A DNA stretch of 63,963 nucleotides, filler included, from Intoshia linei (lineage: Eukaryota; Animalia; Orthonectida): NCBI GenBank assembly GCA_001642005.1. It is 7 parts of 7 records of this genome, joined end to end, with 100 filler letters (N's around TTAATTAATTAA, not from the genome) between each part and the next. Parts side by side here need not be neighbours in the genome. Positions count along the whole stretch, not along the records: positions 23,566 to 35,988 come from LWCA01001090.1; positions 36,089 to 48,685 come from LWCA01001068.1; 5 more parts are not named here. The stretch is one strand, 5' to 3'. Below the pieces are notes generated by a model. The model saw only the letters and a program-made list of their open reading frames with translations, made no database searches and was not told the origin of the DNA. This document shows positions 24,799-39,568 of this stretch, piece by piece (position 1 is the stretch's first letter; every line of letters begins with the position of its first letter). The position numbers and the translations under genes are program-made.

Positions 24799-27700
24799 TC
24801 AATAATTCAGAGCACAAATTAATGCAGCTGCTTTTTGAATCCAATGTTTTTGTGGTTTTTTACTAGGTATTTCAATAGAGAACACAAAGTTGGATGAAAT
24901 TCCAGTTGTATTCAATGTTCCTAAAAATTTGATTTGATATAAATTACAAACAAGTTTATCACACGGAACACTACAATTTCTTTATAGGTATAATTGTCTT
25001 TGTCTTACGAAAATTAATTAAATTACGGCTCTAATAGATTTTTTTAAATCTAACGTCACACTTTAAAAATACTAATTGTATCCATTAGTATGCCTATATT
25101 AATCAAAACTGGCCGACCTGTTTATAATGCAAAATACATTTATGTATTTTGGTAATTAATTTTGTAAATAATTATTAACCTGCTCTAGTCAGTATTTTGT
25201 AAACAGGACACTCATAATACCCGTCTTCAGGCTTGATTCTATTTGTTTTTGGTAATAACCAAATCACCGGCATATCAGTATATAAAATTCTAGGTTTACT
25301 TTCACAAATACACTTTTCTTCTGGACTCCATCGTGCGCCTTCCAAAAATAGTCCGCGTATATAACAGCCAATTTTCGGTGATTTCTTTAATTCAGTATAA
25401 TTTACATCTAGAATCTATGCATAAATGTAAATATTATTAAAAATAATAACCTGAAATTCAAAACTAATAGAATCAATAGATATTTTTTCTCTACGAGCAA
25501 AGTTTTGCAGTGTACCAGTCAAAAATCCTTGTGGAAAGAAGAACCCCGACATCCAATAAGTCTATAAATATATTAAAATGTTATTTAATCAAATGAGTAC
25601 CGAAGGAACATTATAATCAATCCAATCTTGAATAAATTTTATTCGATCAATCAAATCTGTTATCCAGGGATATAGAGGTTTTAATGATGGATATGCCTAA
25701 TTTTAATAAAATTTTAATATTATATAGTTACCTTTGCATCCCACATCTCTGGCACTTTATTGCTAAAAATGCAATTCACTACATTTTCCAAAGTTCTGTC
25801 TAATACTATTAATCCCTTTAATGCTTTCTTGACTCCAATTAATGAAATTTTTACAATCTCGAGCAAATTATTATATCTAGATAATTCAATAGACTGTAAA
25901 CTAAATAAAATTACCGAATAGCTTCTTGATTTAAAACAGTATTCATAGATTGTTCATATAAAATTGGATATTTTTGCATAATTTTTGATATATCAAACAA
26001 TGGAGGAATCATTGCCAATATTTTGTCAGCAGATTGATATATACCCTAAAAATCCATAAAAATATACCAATGTACAATATTTTTAATTTAATTAAACTAC
26101 CTCTTCTCTTGAACCTGATTGTTTAGAAACTATTTTTGGTTCCAATTTCTGTAAATATGAAAACAATAAAACGGCTTCATTTTGGGCAAAAGATATTTTT
26201 GCATTTTCGTGCAATCCAAAAATTTCTGCTGGATCATTATTGGGTAAAGATTTTATATAATCCAAATAAGATTTTAAATCAGAAGTAGATGGATTAATTT
26301 GATAATATATTCCATTTTCTGTATAATTATGATGATCTGTTAAAACTTTTTCGGAATAAAAATCAAACAATTGGTTCATAAGTAATCTTCTGTCCCAATC
26401 ATCTGTAACACGGCCACCATAATTTATTTCTCCGGCTGTATATTGAAGTACCTATATATTTAATATTTTATAAAGTACAATATTGTTGTTGATTCGTAAA
26501 ATTATAAAATGTATTAATTTACAATAATGTTAATTAATTATGAACCATAGTAGTAAATTTGAAAATTTAAATTTAAAATTTAAACATCTTAACTTAACTG
26601 AAAATTAAAAAAATCTATTCTGTGTAACAATAAAATATATTTATTTAGTGCTTAAAAATCTATATCTGAAAACGTATACCTTAGACAGAGCTATTATAGT
26701 TAATACAAATAAAAAACATATAAGCCAGTAATATATTCTTTATTTTTTACTATATAAATGAAAAAAAATTACCGTGTATGGAATTGCATCATATTCCATT
26801 ATAAACATATTTAATTGACTCAAACATATTTTCAAATCTCCATATGTGAAATCGTATGGTATGTTGTATCCCAGAGGTCCAAACTTTTTTCTCTCCAATA
26901 AAACTCCATGAAAAAGACACAAAGAAAATAAAAGTGGTTTAAATATCGTTGTCTAATTATGGTAAATAAAAATACATTATTTTTATTACTTTATCCAAAC
27001 AAGAATTCAGATATTCATCTGTAAATGACATGTAAGATCGCATCAAATTTGCTTTAATTCCCCTGGGAGGTTCAATTGTCATTTTCGAACTATTTTGAAG
27101 TATAGTAACAGGAAAATCCTTTGTTGCAGTACTCGTTAACCATAAACGGAAGTCTCTGTGTACCTACAAATGGAAAAGTTAAAAATAAAAAACACTAAAA
27201 TAGTCACATATTGTACTAACTATTCAATGAATAGTATTCATCCAGTATTCATACAAGGGTCCATTAAAATATTCATACTCAAACTTAAATATTAATATAA
27301 CCTTTAAGTGTACACTGTACAGTCACCTCAAATCCCCATTCAGTATAGCTCAATTTCAAACTTCAGGGTCCTACATAGTGATTGTGATTTCCCGGAAATT
27401 TCCCGTAAAAAATAAAAAATTTTTATTCATATATAATATAGAAGCATTAAAAATTTTAAAGACCTTAATTAATTTTACAAACAAACAGAAATTTTATTTA
27501 ATTACTAGATTGAAATTTACAAATTTAATTAGAAAAAAATTTATTTATTTTAGATTGTTGAAAAAGTTTTTCAAAACACATAATACTGATAGATTCGTCT
27601 TTTAAACGCGTTCTACGTTTTGTAACGAAATTAGAAGCAGTAGAGAAATTTCTTTCATTTTGTNTGTTTTAAAACACATAATATTAATAGATTCGTTTTT

Positions 27701-30700
27701 TAAACGCGTTCTACGTTTTGTAACGAAATTAGAAGCAGTAGAGAAATTTCTTTCATTTTGTGTTGACGTATGTTGAACGGTCATAAGGGTTTCCTTTAAT
27801 TTTAATAATCTTGATGATAGCCTTCCAGTTCGTAATAACTCGTAATATTTTTCAAAATAATATTGGAAATAGAGGATAATTCCCTCAAACGTTAGTAATT
27901 TGTGGTTGGAATAAGAGTTTTTTAAAAAAAGTATTGGAAAAAGGATATTTTTCCATTAAGGGCTGGAAAATTAAATTTTTTATTTGTAGTTTGATGAAGT
28001 GCAATTTTTTCATAAGATTTCGTAGAATTGGATTTTTGAGAAGAATATCAGTATAAGTCAATTTTTCCATGTGGGCTTGAGATGGTATTTTTGACTAAAT
28101 TTTATAGTGATGGCATTTTTGAAATGGGAAATTTTAAATATTATAATATAATCATATTTTCATAATCATAACAAACATAAATCAAATACAGGTATGTCTC
28201 AATTTTTTTCAGGAAATCCCGGGAAATTATTAAATATCCCGGGAATTTTTTCCCGGCACCATCACTAGTCCTACAGATTTAATGAAAAAATTAAAATTAA
28301 AAAAAAAAATTTTAATTTTTTATAAAATAGATCAATTTTATTTGCACTGCTAATCAGTTCTATTAATTAAATTCACAAAAGTACCCAAATACAAATATAA
28401 TAAAAATTCTTGCGAACAAGATCATGTATTTGAAATGTCATAATCGTTAGAAAAAAACACCATTGAACAATCTATCCTATAAATTCTATTTTTTATTAAT
28501 TTTTGGGTAAAATAAGGTTTTATTAAGAAGGATTTCTGATAAACTGTGATAACCATGGCATTATATATACTTACAAATGTTACATATACTATTTATACGC
28601 ATGAATTAACATCGTTACCACACCAATTTTTTTTAATAAAGTTCATGTTCGTTTTTGAAAAATTGTATTAAAAATTAGTTTAAAATGTAAAAAGTCAATG
28701 GTTTTTTTGGAGAGTTAGACAATTTCAAGCATATCATCTTGTTGGCAATAAAAAGTTTCATCTTTCCCCGTTAGCTACTTTTGCTTGTGAAAACTACTTT
28801 TGTTTAAAAAAAGTGTTTAAAGACACATTTTATTTAAATTATTTAAAATTTTTATTTTTTTTTTTATTATAACATTATATTATTACAAAAAATAATACTA
28901 AAAATAATATTTCTAATAATTTCAAATAATATTTGAAATACTTGTTTTTTTGTTTTTTATTGTATAGATTACAGTAGTTAAGTAGTGTACTAACAAAAAC
29001 TACCATGCTCCGTTATTATAATCATAAAATAAATAAATTAGGTAAGTCTATTACTTTATCAATATCGATTTGTTCAATTAATTTTTCCAAATTAGGCATC
29101 CAACTAGGAGCTAACAAAATGAATAAATATAAAATACAATTTACCTAAATGACAATTTTGAAAAAACACCCATTTGCCACGTTCCATCGCTGACCGCATC
29201 AAAGCTTCAGCTCTAGGGCCCTAAATACGTGAATAATTATGTTAGTCGACAATAATATTTACAAAAATTATTTTATCTATATTTAAAGTTGCTAAAAACG
29301 TGTCCGTTTGTAGGTGTGTGCAACCATTTATTGAAAAAAATTTTAAATTTAAAATTACCACACTAGAAAGTAAAATAAATTTCAAATTAAATAATTTGTA
29401 TCTTCACGGCCAAAACCTCAATAGCTTTTTTTAAGTGAATAAGGTATAGAATTTAAAAAAACTCAAATTCTGAAACAGTTTTAAAATTATCAGTATTATT
29501 GTAAGTTTCAACCTCATAAACGTCAAAACACAAAATGACCCATTATTTTGAAAAATTAAAAACTAATAGTATTAGAGTTTCTTAGTCTACACCAGTGATT
29601 TTCAACGAGGGGTCGCGACCGCTAGGAGAGCCGCGAAATTTTTGAGGAGCGTCGTGAGAATTTGAAAATTTTATGAATACATTTATTTATTTTTTTTATT
29701 TTAATATATTATTGACAGTAATAATGTTACGGAAATATTTTTACATCCTGAAAATTTTTGGGTCCAAAACTATATGCCTGGGGGTTCGTGAGATTCAAAT
29801 AAAATATACAAATTTTTTATCAACTTTTTATAATTTCTAATATTTATTACAAAGTTGCCAGATGTTGTGAATTTATCCCAAAGTCTAAACGACCGCTATA
29901 TTATTATTTCAAAAATGGCACTTTTATTCCACCATTAATAAAATTTAATAAAAATTACCATTTAAAACCAAATTAAAAAATCTCCTTTTTCCAATATTTT
30001 TTTAAAAAACACGATTTTACCAAATCTTATGAAAAAAATCTTTAAAAAAATTCATAAATGTTTTATATTTCATATTTTCTTAGGGGTCAAATAAATATAA
30101 ATATTTTGAAATGGTGGTCAGTACACTAATTGAATCAGTATGCCCGATTCGGGAACCACTTCTTTAAAGCGACATTCATTTAAGCAATACATCTTAGAGT
30201 GACATAATCATCGATTTTACGAATTTGTCATATTATTGATTTTTTCACTAAATTTTAAAGATTTTGAAGATAGTTGTGGGTCCAAAATTTGGTAGGATTT
30301 TTAAGGTAAGTTTTTTTTCATACAATTTTGAAGATTTTGATCCCTTAAAATATTAAAATTATTCCTTTAAAAATCATAGCAAATTTTGGTCCTGTAATTA
30401 TCTTCAAAATATCTTAAAAATGGTAGAAAAAATATGTTCTCTTAAAAAAAAAGTGAACGATTTTCTTCAAAAGTCGTCACTCCTGAGAGCGACCACTGCA
30501 TATAATTGCTGATTAAGGCCATTTATAAAAATTATAATGTTTAAATTTAAATATAAAGTTATACCTGTCCTTGTCCTAATGATATGGCACTTAATTTTTT
30601 GGAAAATCGTAATTTTTCAGCAAAGTTATACAAATCTGCAGCTGGGTCAGTTCCAGCCGATAACACAAAGACTAAGGGTATAGTTGGCGAAGATTCTTTA

Positions 30701-33700
30701 AACAAAACGTCCAATTGAGCCGTCTAAATATCCGTTAAAATACAAAATTAAATTGGAATTTAATAATTTATAAGCATTTAAATAAGACAAAATTAACCCA
30801 GAAATGTAAATTTATCCATAAATTTAAAATTCTAAAATATAGGTGATAAAATTTTTAAAAATTATAATAGAGTAAAGTCATATAACCATAATTAAAAATA
30901 AAACTTACTTGAGGTTCAATAAATTGATTTCCCATAAATTTGCATACATAATTTTGAACACAATTGGTAAATCTGTCCAATCGTAAGCATTTAATAAGTA
31001 ACATTTTTTGGAAAGGATTCAACTTGTTTTCCCATTCTGTAGTCAAAATTTCACTAAAATATTTGAATCAAAATTTCACATCAAATGCTTACCTTTCTGG
31101 TTCGGAACAACTCAATAAACTTTTAAAGTCATTAAAATTTTTTATAAAAGAATTTATAAATCCATCAAAAACGGGAAGCACAGTAAGATTATGTAAATCA
31201 ATCCAAACTTTACTAGATATTAAAGTAGGATGAGGATTTTCTATGTAGTCACCCTCATAAGGCATTCCATTTATTAAAAATTTCCATTCCATTAAGTCAA
31301 TTTCATCATTGTACAATTGTATTCTAGTGCATATCATGAACGAAAACAAATGTTTATGAATTTCAAACAGTGAACGGCATACATTGGAATAAACACTAAA
31401 TGTGACATACTCATTGATATTTTTAATGCGTTGATAAATGTCGTCAGATTTTTTTGAAAATCCAATACTGTTTATAAAAATTTGAATAAACCATTCAAGA
31501 GAATATTGGTACATGGGATCAATATTGGCTAAATCGGCTACACAGAAATATAATATTTGTGTATTCACGGCAACCGGTATATACAAGGACCTAGTTTGAT
31601 CTATATCTAGTTCCGTTTTTTCGGATGCCGCTACTTTAAATTTGATTTCAGCAGATTTTACCTTTGAAGAAGCAAGCGTTTGAATTAAATCAACATCATC
31701 AACCGGATTACCTTCGGATTGAGAAAGTTTTTGTAAAATTTTGTCTTCAATGTTACTCAGATCCTGCTTCATTTTCGAATTACTAATGATGAGTTGATTT
31801 TTGGCATCTTCCAAGTCTGATCTTTCTTCAGCGACCACGATTCCCAACAACTGATCTTGCAAACCACTCGGAGAGATGGTAAAATTAATGACGTTGACTT
31901 TGATAGACAATTCTGGAGAAAAATGAGGGTTAGGATTCTTAGACGTTATGTAAAATTTGAAATCTTCATGATACGGTATAATATTATCAGCCAATTTGAT
32001 AACTTTTGAGCCTGAATGGCTATATATTTGTTTTTTTAGTATTGGGTCGAATGCAGGATCCAACTCTTCAGCTACATTTTCAAACAAACAGGGTTTACCA
32101 AATCGGATAGAATTTTCAATTGTGCGCATATAATCTCTATCTGTAAATTTAATTATTCCAATGTCATTTTCCTTTTCCATATTTTTTATCCACTTGTTTG
32201 CTTGACTCTGCGGGTCGATAAATAAAGGCCAACGTGGAGAATGTTGCACTGCTACAGCATTTTCAATCGATTGACTGTCCTTTGGAAGACCAAATAATTG
32301 CCAATTTCTTATTTGAATAGGATCAGTCATTGTCGATGTGAACGAGTAGTCTGTATTGTAAGGTATATTATAATTTTTCAACATTGCAATCCAATCAATC
32401 AAAATCATTTTTCTATATTCTCCGGTAAATGGACCAAGATATGTTATGAACCCTGCAGATAAAATGATATCTCCTAAAATATTTTTGAGTTTATTTTCGA
32501 GTCTAACTACAGATTCATTCCATCTGATTCTCTCGTCAGCTAACCCATTAATTAATTTGTCTGCTCTAACTAATCGATCTTGACACAATTTGGTCTTATT
32601 TTCTAAATCAACCTTTTTTTTAACACATTCATCATATTTTGCTGTTAAAGTTTCGATTCCTTCTTGAATGTGTTGTAATCTATGTTTTGCGTCATCCAAA
32701 ATGCGTTGTGTTTCGGCAAGAGATTCTTGTGCCATTTTCAAAGCTTCTCTTTTTGGCGCTACTGTTTTAACAACAGTGTTGTATTTATACATGGCTCTCA
32801 CCCATAAACACATTGACGTACATGCTTTAGATCCATGTTTTATGACACTAGGTTGAAAGGATTCGCTCATGATATAAGGAGTAATTTTTGATATAACTGA
32901 ATCGGGAATATTTTCTTTATCATATTTATACAAGGATTCTAGAAATCTTCCCGGGTCTTGTAACAGAGCTTTTCCTGCTTCCCAATAGTCGTCAACTTTT
33001 TGTCCCAATTTATCTGATGCTACTTTTTTTGGTTTTACTTGTTTCATGATACAGACAGCTTCCATAACTAATACTACTACTTGAGGGGGCCTCTGCATTG
33101 TTCTCACTTCAACAACATCATTTTTATTCAATGATTTTAAACTGACTAAAGCTTCTTCGAGAGCTGGAAGTGCTTCACTGAGATCTAAATTAATTGTATT
33201 TTTCTGATATTTCTTTCATGGTGACGTTATGTAAAAATTTTCATTCTCTGCTTTTAACATCTTAACTGAATAAAACCATTATTATTATTGTTATTATTTT
33301 AATCTTTTACTTATATAAAATTGAATGTCTGTCTGTGTTTGTTACCGTTTATTTACAAAATTAACAATCCTAGAATTTACAAAAACCCAATTGCTAATAC
33401 GGTTTTTCAAGATTATTGTCTTTGTAAAAGTTTTATTATCAGAAATGCAGTATTACAGGGACAAAAACCCAAGTTCCCTTATTTAAATTACCCTTTTTTA
33501 AAAAATTTAAAATAGTCCAAGAAATTAAATAAAAAAAAATCATTAAATTTATCTGAAATATGTGATGGAATAAAAAAATTTTTACTTTGTGAAATTTACT
33601 TGAAATTTGCTTTGGATATTGTGTACTTATGGTAACCTGGTCCCACTTTTTTCAACTACTTTGAGAAACAAAAACTTTACCGCCCAAATAATAAATATCG

Positions 33701-35700
33701 TCAAATATGTTCAGTCTATTTTTTAAGAATTATAGAATATTTGATATAATCCACAAGGCAAAAATGTTTATTGTCGAAATATGAGATAAATTAAATTTTT
33801 TTATCTGTTCCTGTATGATTCTAATGAAAAATTGTTTGGTAATTTTCAATATTAAAAAAATGAAAATAGAATCAAAAGTCCAATAAAAATACAGTCAACA
33901 ATCAGACCTGCAGTTGTCTTTTTCCTCTCACGGATTAATAAATTGAAAAAAAATAAATATACTACCTCTTTGAGCTGAATCTGCAATAGTTTGTGTCTCT
34001 TTGGCTTGTATGTCAGCTTGATCTTCTTCATTTTGTACAACTGCTTTCGTTTCTTCTGCAACAAGCGTGTCTTGAGTAATTTGTTTCATTGTAGCAATAG
34101 ATTCTTGAACTGCCTCATATAAAAGTGGCTTCATTGCTGCTAGTTCTTCTTGCATAAATTTGACTTCTTTAGCGGTATGTAACAATTTATCCAATCCAAT
34201 TTTAGTTCTATTTTTTGAAAAAGTCAATTCATTTAAAATAGAAGATTTTAATTTAGAAAACAAATTCAGTAGCTGTAAATAAGAAGTTGGTGTAACATAA
34301 TTATGCCTTGACAATTCAGTCAAAAATTTTTGAGAATAATCTTCAATAGACGTGTGAATACCTTGAAAAAGGGTAACTATATTATTCGTCTCATCGTTAT
34401 TAAATTTCCAATCTTCCATATCACTTAAAAACTTGAAAGCCACCGACGACAATGCTTCCTTAGGCCATTTAGAATACCAATCAATGGTGCAACAATTAAC
34501 TAAAGCTGGAAACTGAAGTAGTCGTGATCTGAACGTTTCACCCATTGGTGACATTGCAATCACCGTGTGCAAGTTGGATCTAACTCGGTTTTTAAATATT
34601 GTAAATAAATTTGTGGTGTTTGGTTGTACTCCAGAGTCTAAAGCGATCGGTTTCATTTTCGTATAAATTTGATCCAATTCGTCAGTCCCATAAAGATTTG
34701 GAACATCACCAGAGTTTAGTATATTACTCAAATCTTCCAAAAACGATTCATTTTTAATTTGCGTATCTGAAAACAAAAATATAATTTGCTTGTCTTGTAG
34801 ACCTGCTCGTAACATACACTTTTGTAAATCTTCTTTCCACTCCTGTATACCATACACTTTTGATAGGTTAATTTGAAAAATTTCAAAATCAGACATGTAT
34901 GCAGCTAGTTTGGTTAAACTTTGTCGCCCTGAACCGCCCATTCCCAGTAGTAATGCGTTTCCAAATGGTTGACGAATTATACGCGAAATACGACACAAAT
35001 GTTCCATGGCATACATAAAAATGTCCAAATCTAATTTTATATCATTGGTTACATTAAATTCTTCCAAAGATTCTTCAACGACTGCCAATATTTTGTCATG
35101 ATCAGTCATTTGAACGTAATTTCTACTATCAGAAGTTCCTTCATACATATCACCGTATAACAATGGTCGATTTGTGGCAATATCATCCAGTTTAATTTCA
35201 AATTTATCAAATAAAACGCTTTCAAATATTTCATCAAAAAACTTTCGATCTTGATCGTTTATCAAACGATCTTGGTAAACGCGCATCGATTCATGATACC
35301 ACAATGGATATACATCGTTAATATTATCATGTTTTGATGCATCAAACATTGTCATGCCTTGTATAATTTTTGCTAAATCTCTCATATTAAATGTATAGTG
35401 CAACTTTTCTGGAGTCGGTAACATTTCACTAGTTATTTTACTGTGTATTTCAATTAAAGCATCGACAAGTGAAGCAGATATTGATAGAATTTTTGGAGAA
35501 ATTTGTAACCACCAGTTTGTAATTTTATTAAAAATTGTTCTTTTTGAAGTTACGGAAATATCAGTAAAAGCAATCAAATTAAAATGACGCAAAAATCTTG
35601 GGGTAATATCGTTTCTTCCTGCACCAGGTCGGCCCATTGCGCATACAAAATTTATATCGACCAAGTTTCTTAATGTTCCAATAGCTTTTCTATCGTACCA
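24799..35700 (-). CDS. DNAH1: Axonemal inner-arm dynein heavy chain 1, C-terminal half (mid-AAA3 to C-terminus); 5' half absent. Large exons 35700-33966 and 33184-31093, then many small exons to the stop at 24799
   Basis: [26 protein letters not shown]4 [45 protein letters not shown] (DNAH1-type), [40 protein letters not shown] and C-terminal [15 protein letters not shown]. Confidence 0.9.
27376..28267 (-). mobile_element. hAT family A copy 3, a longer deletion derivative retaining the transposase C-terminal dimerisation motif
   Basis: TIRs TAGTGATTGTG...CACCATCACTA with perfect TSD GTCCTACA. Internal [23 protein letters not shown] and a ~110-bp tandem duplication near 27580-27760. Confidence 0.92.
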
Positions 35701-36088
35701 CTAAAATATACATATTACTAAAATTCAAATTTATTATTATCCTAACTTATACATGTATAATATGATACGCGATTTTTGTTAGTGTGTATGTCTTTTCCAC
35801 TTTATTTCAATAACTACCAGTCTTACAATTTTATAAAGTCCACATTTCAATTACAGTTTTTTCCAGGGTGATAATAAGATATTTTTTAACCTCCCAAACT
35901 CATATCTTACGGATCAAAAACCCCAGTTGTCCCCCTTTTTGAAAATCAAACAAGTTGGAGAATTTAAAAAAATATATACGCTGATACGNNNNNNNNNNNN
36001 NNNNNNNNNNNNNNNNNNNNNNNNNNNNNNNNTTAATTAATTAANNNNNNNNNNNNNNNNNNNNNNNNNNNNNNNNNNNNNNNNNNNN

Positions 36089-36621
<533 letters not shown>

Positions 36622-37299
36622 GTCTAAATACTTTTATTGACTTCTATTGTATTTATTTGATTTTAAGGCACTTTAGTTGATATTAGCGTATTATATTTGT
36701 TGATTAATAAATCGAATGCCATTAATTAATAATTAATTGGTGTATATTTAACATTTGCTGAAAAATTATCCAAATCACGTTAACTTCCTCACATTAAAAA
36801 TAGTTGAAATCACGCTGAAAATTAATATTTATATAATTATAATTAATATATAAATTATTATATATTATTATTAATATATAAAAATTAATAAAAGGACCCT
36901 TAAAAATTTATTAAATCACGCTAAACCATAGGTTACAATGTTGTGTTGGTAGGTTATGACTTAGCGGTATTTTGTAACGAAACTCAGACCGATATATACA
37001 TCATAAACACCATCATGAATTATAAAAAATGTATTGATGTATTGGAAGAATATTTGTTTTGCTAAAGCAGAACTTTTTAACGCAAGTTATCCAATTAATA
37101 CAACTGAAATAATAAACCCCAATGTAAAAGAATGGAATAATTATAAACATTTGTAGGCATTCATGTCAAGTTTGAAGAATATATATGCAATCAAAATTGA
37201 TAATGATTTAATTACAATGCAGTCTTTGACTCATGGCGGTCCCCAACTGGCATGACAAAAGTGCCCAATAATATTTTAATTTGTTTATTAACATTGCAA

Positions 37300-39186
37300 A
37301 AAATGAAAAAAAATATAAATTATTATTATAGATAGAAATATTAATATTAATAAACTTACTATACTTAATAAAGTTAGTATAAAAATTTCAATTTAAATAA
37401 ATTATATGCGTATGGGCGTTTAATAATTATTTTGCCCTCCTGGCTGAAAATCCTAGATCCACATCTGTTAACAAGGTTGAACTGTTTTATATTTTATACA
37501 TATTTTTCTAGTTCGTAAGCATTATAATTAATTTACGATTTAACTATAATTTTCATTAAATAAATATTTTATAGCATGTATTAAAATATTTTATTTCCAT
37601 GTTTATACCAGAAACGATTTTCTGGTTTTAAACATCTTTAAAAACAGGTTGGTGTAACTTGTTACTTATTAATATTTAATTTTAACGAACTGAACTTCCA
37701 GATTGTAAACTATATTTGAATATAGTTGATTCTCCAAATATTAACGTCTAAAAAAAAAAAAGTTTTTTTTACACTAAACATTACTTTTAATTACATTAAT
37801 TTGATATTTTCACGTTAATCTTCGAGAATTCACTATATGTAAAATGAAATTAAAAAAAATGTTTAATCAATTAACCCTTTGACACATTGCGATGTTTTTT
37901 TATTATAAAACAACAGGTGCAAAAATGATAAAACCGAAATGTCACTTTTTTGTATGAAGAATTAAAATTATATACACACGCCCATTAAATTTTCTACGCA
38001 CCGCATCATGCCATATGCATGCTTTAGTTACGTTTATATTACTTTTACAGTATTTTTATCTCATTTTTCAACTTAATTTAATTTATTGATTACAATTTAC
38101 TGGAATAAATTACCATTAAAATTTACCAACTCAATTTCCAATTTGGTATTTATAACAAATATTACATAAATAATTAGAATTTACATTGTAATAAATGCAA
38201 AAGCATTTTGAAGATTTGTTAAAAATACCAAATTTATCTGACGAATCTTGCAAAAATGATGTTACGATGACACTAATCGATGCGGTTTTATCTAACTTTT
38301 TGATATCTGATATCAACAATTATGATATAAATGAGAATGGTCTAAACAAGTCTAAACAAATATTATCACTAGAATATCCCGAATTTAAGGATATTTGTAA
38401 AATGAAATGTCTTTTTCCTAAGTACCCACAAGACTTTTTCAGTATCTTATTCACCGTATTCATAATCATTTGATAAACTTGTTTATACTAAAACAACCTC
38501 ACAAGTAGAGAGATAAAAGAAATAATACTTATAGAACAAATAAAATTAAAATTTGAATTAAAATGAAAACTAAAAAAAATATAAATTATTATAGATAGAA
38601 ATATATTAATAAACTTAGTATTAAAGTTTCAATTTAAATATATTGGCGCACTATCAAAAGATCGTAAAAATATACTAATATTAGAATTTATAATTGAATT
38701 GGATAAAAAAATATTCTCTGGTGTGAACACCATAGAATATTTCTAATTTTTTTGTAATTTAGTTTGTAAGTATAATATGGTATCCTAATATTTCAGTTTT
38801 AACGTGGGTCTGTAAATCTACGATCAAATATTATCATATATGAAAATTAATATTAACTACAATTATAAAATACGATCTTTTGATTTACAATCAAAAAACT
38901 ACGATCATGTGATTTTACAATCATTTGAATGGACACGAAATAAATTATATTCTTATGGGCGTCTAATAATTATTTAACGCCCCTAGCTGAGATCTTAGAT
39001 CCGCCCTGTTAACAAGGTTGAAGTGATTTATATTTTATACATATATTTCCAGTTCGTAAGCATTGTAATTAATTTACGATTTAACGATAATTTTTATTAA
39101 ACAAATATTTTATATCACGTAATTAACATATTTTATTCTATGTTTATATTAGTAACTATTTTCTTGATTCAAACATCTTTAAAAAC
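37300..39186 (+). repeat. Local direct duplication (about 37300-37645 vs 38560-38640 and 38955-39186)
   Basis: Near-identical ATGGGCGT.TAATAATTATTT...TAGATCC...TGTTAACAAGGTTGAA...AAACATCTTTAAAAAC blocks. Confidence 0.8.
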
Positions 39187-39197
39187 CAAAATAAGTG

Positions 39198-39568
39198 AGC
39201 TAGAAATGAATTTAAAAAACAAAATGGTTCACAAAGTGTGATAAACACATTAAGGGAATTACCAATGATAATTCTACAAGCAATAAACTCTACAATAGGG
39301 TGTCAATTTTGATGTTGTTTTTGATTAGAAAATCCATTGCATGTGGATACCTTTTCTGATTTTAAGCATTTATCACCCAAAAAAATGAAATCAGTTAATA
39401 TTTAACCACACTTCATCAAATGTAATTATTAAAATGCATACAAATGTTAGGATACATTTAAAGTATAACTTTATTTTATATATAATCAGATTTAATTTTG
39501 TTGGTATTCCCTTCGTATGTTTATTATTCTTTGTGAATTATTTTATTTTTTAAATTCATTTTTAGCTC
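39198..39568. mobile_element. MITE/foldback with ~70-bp imperfect inverted ends
   Basis: GAGCTAGAAATGAATTTAAAAAA...AGGGAATTACCAA pairs with TTGGTATTCCCT...TTTTTTAAATTCATTTTTAGCTC. Confidence 0.65.
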
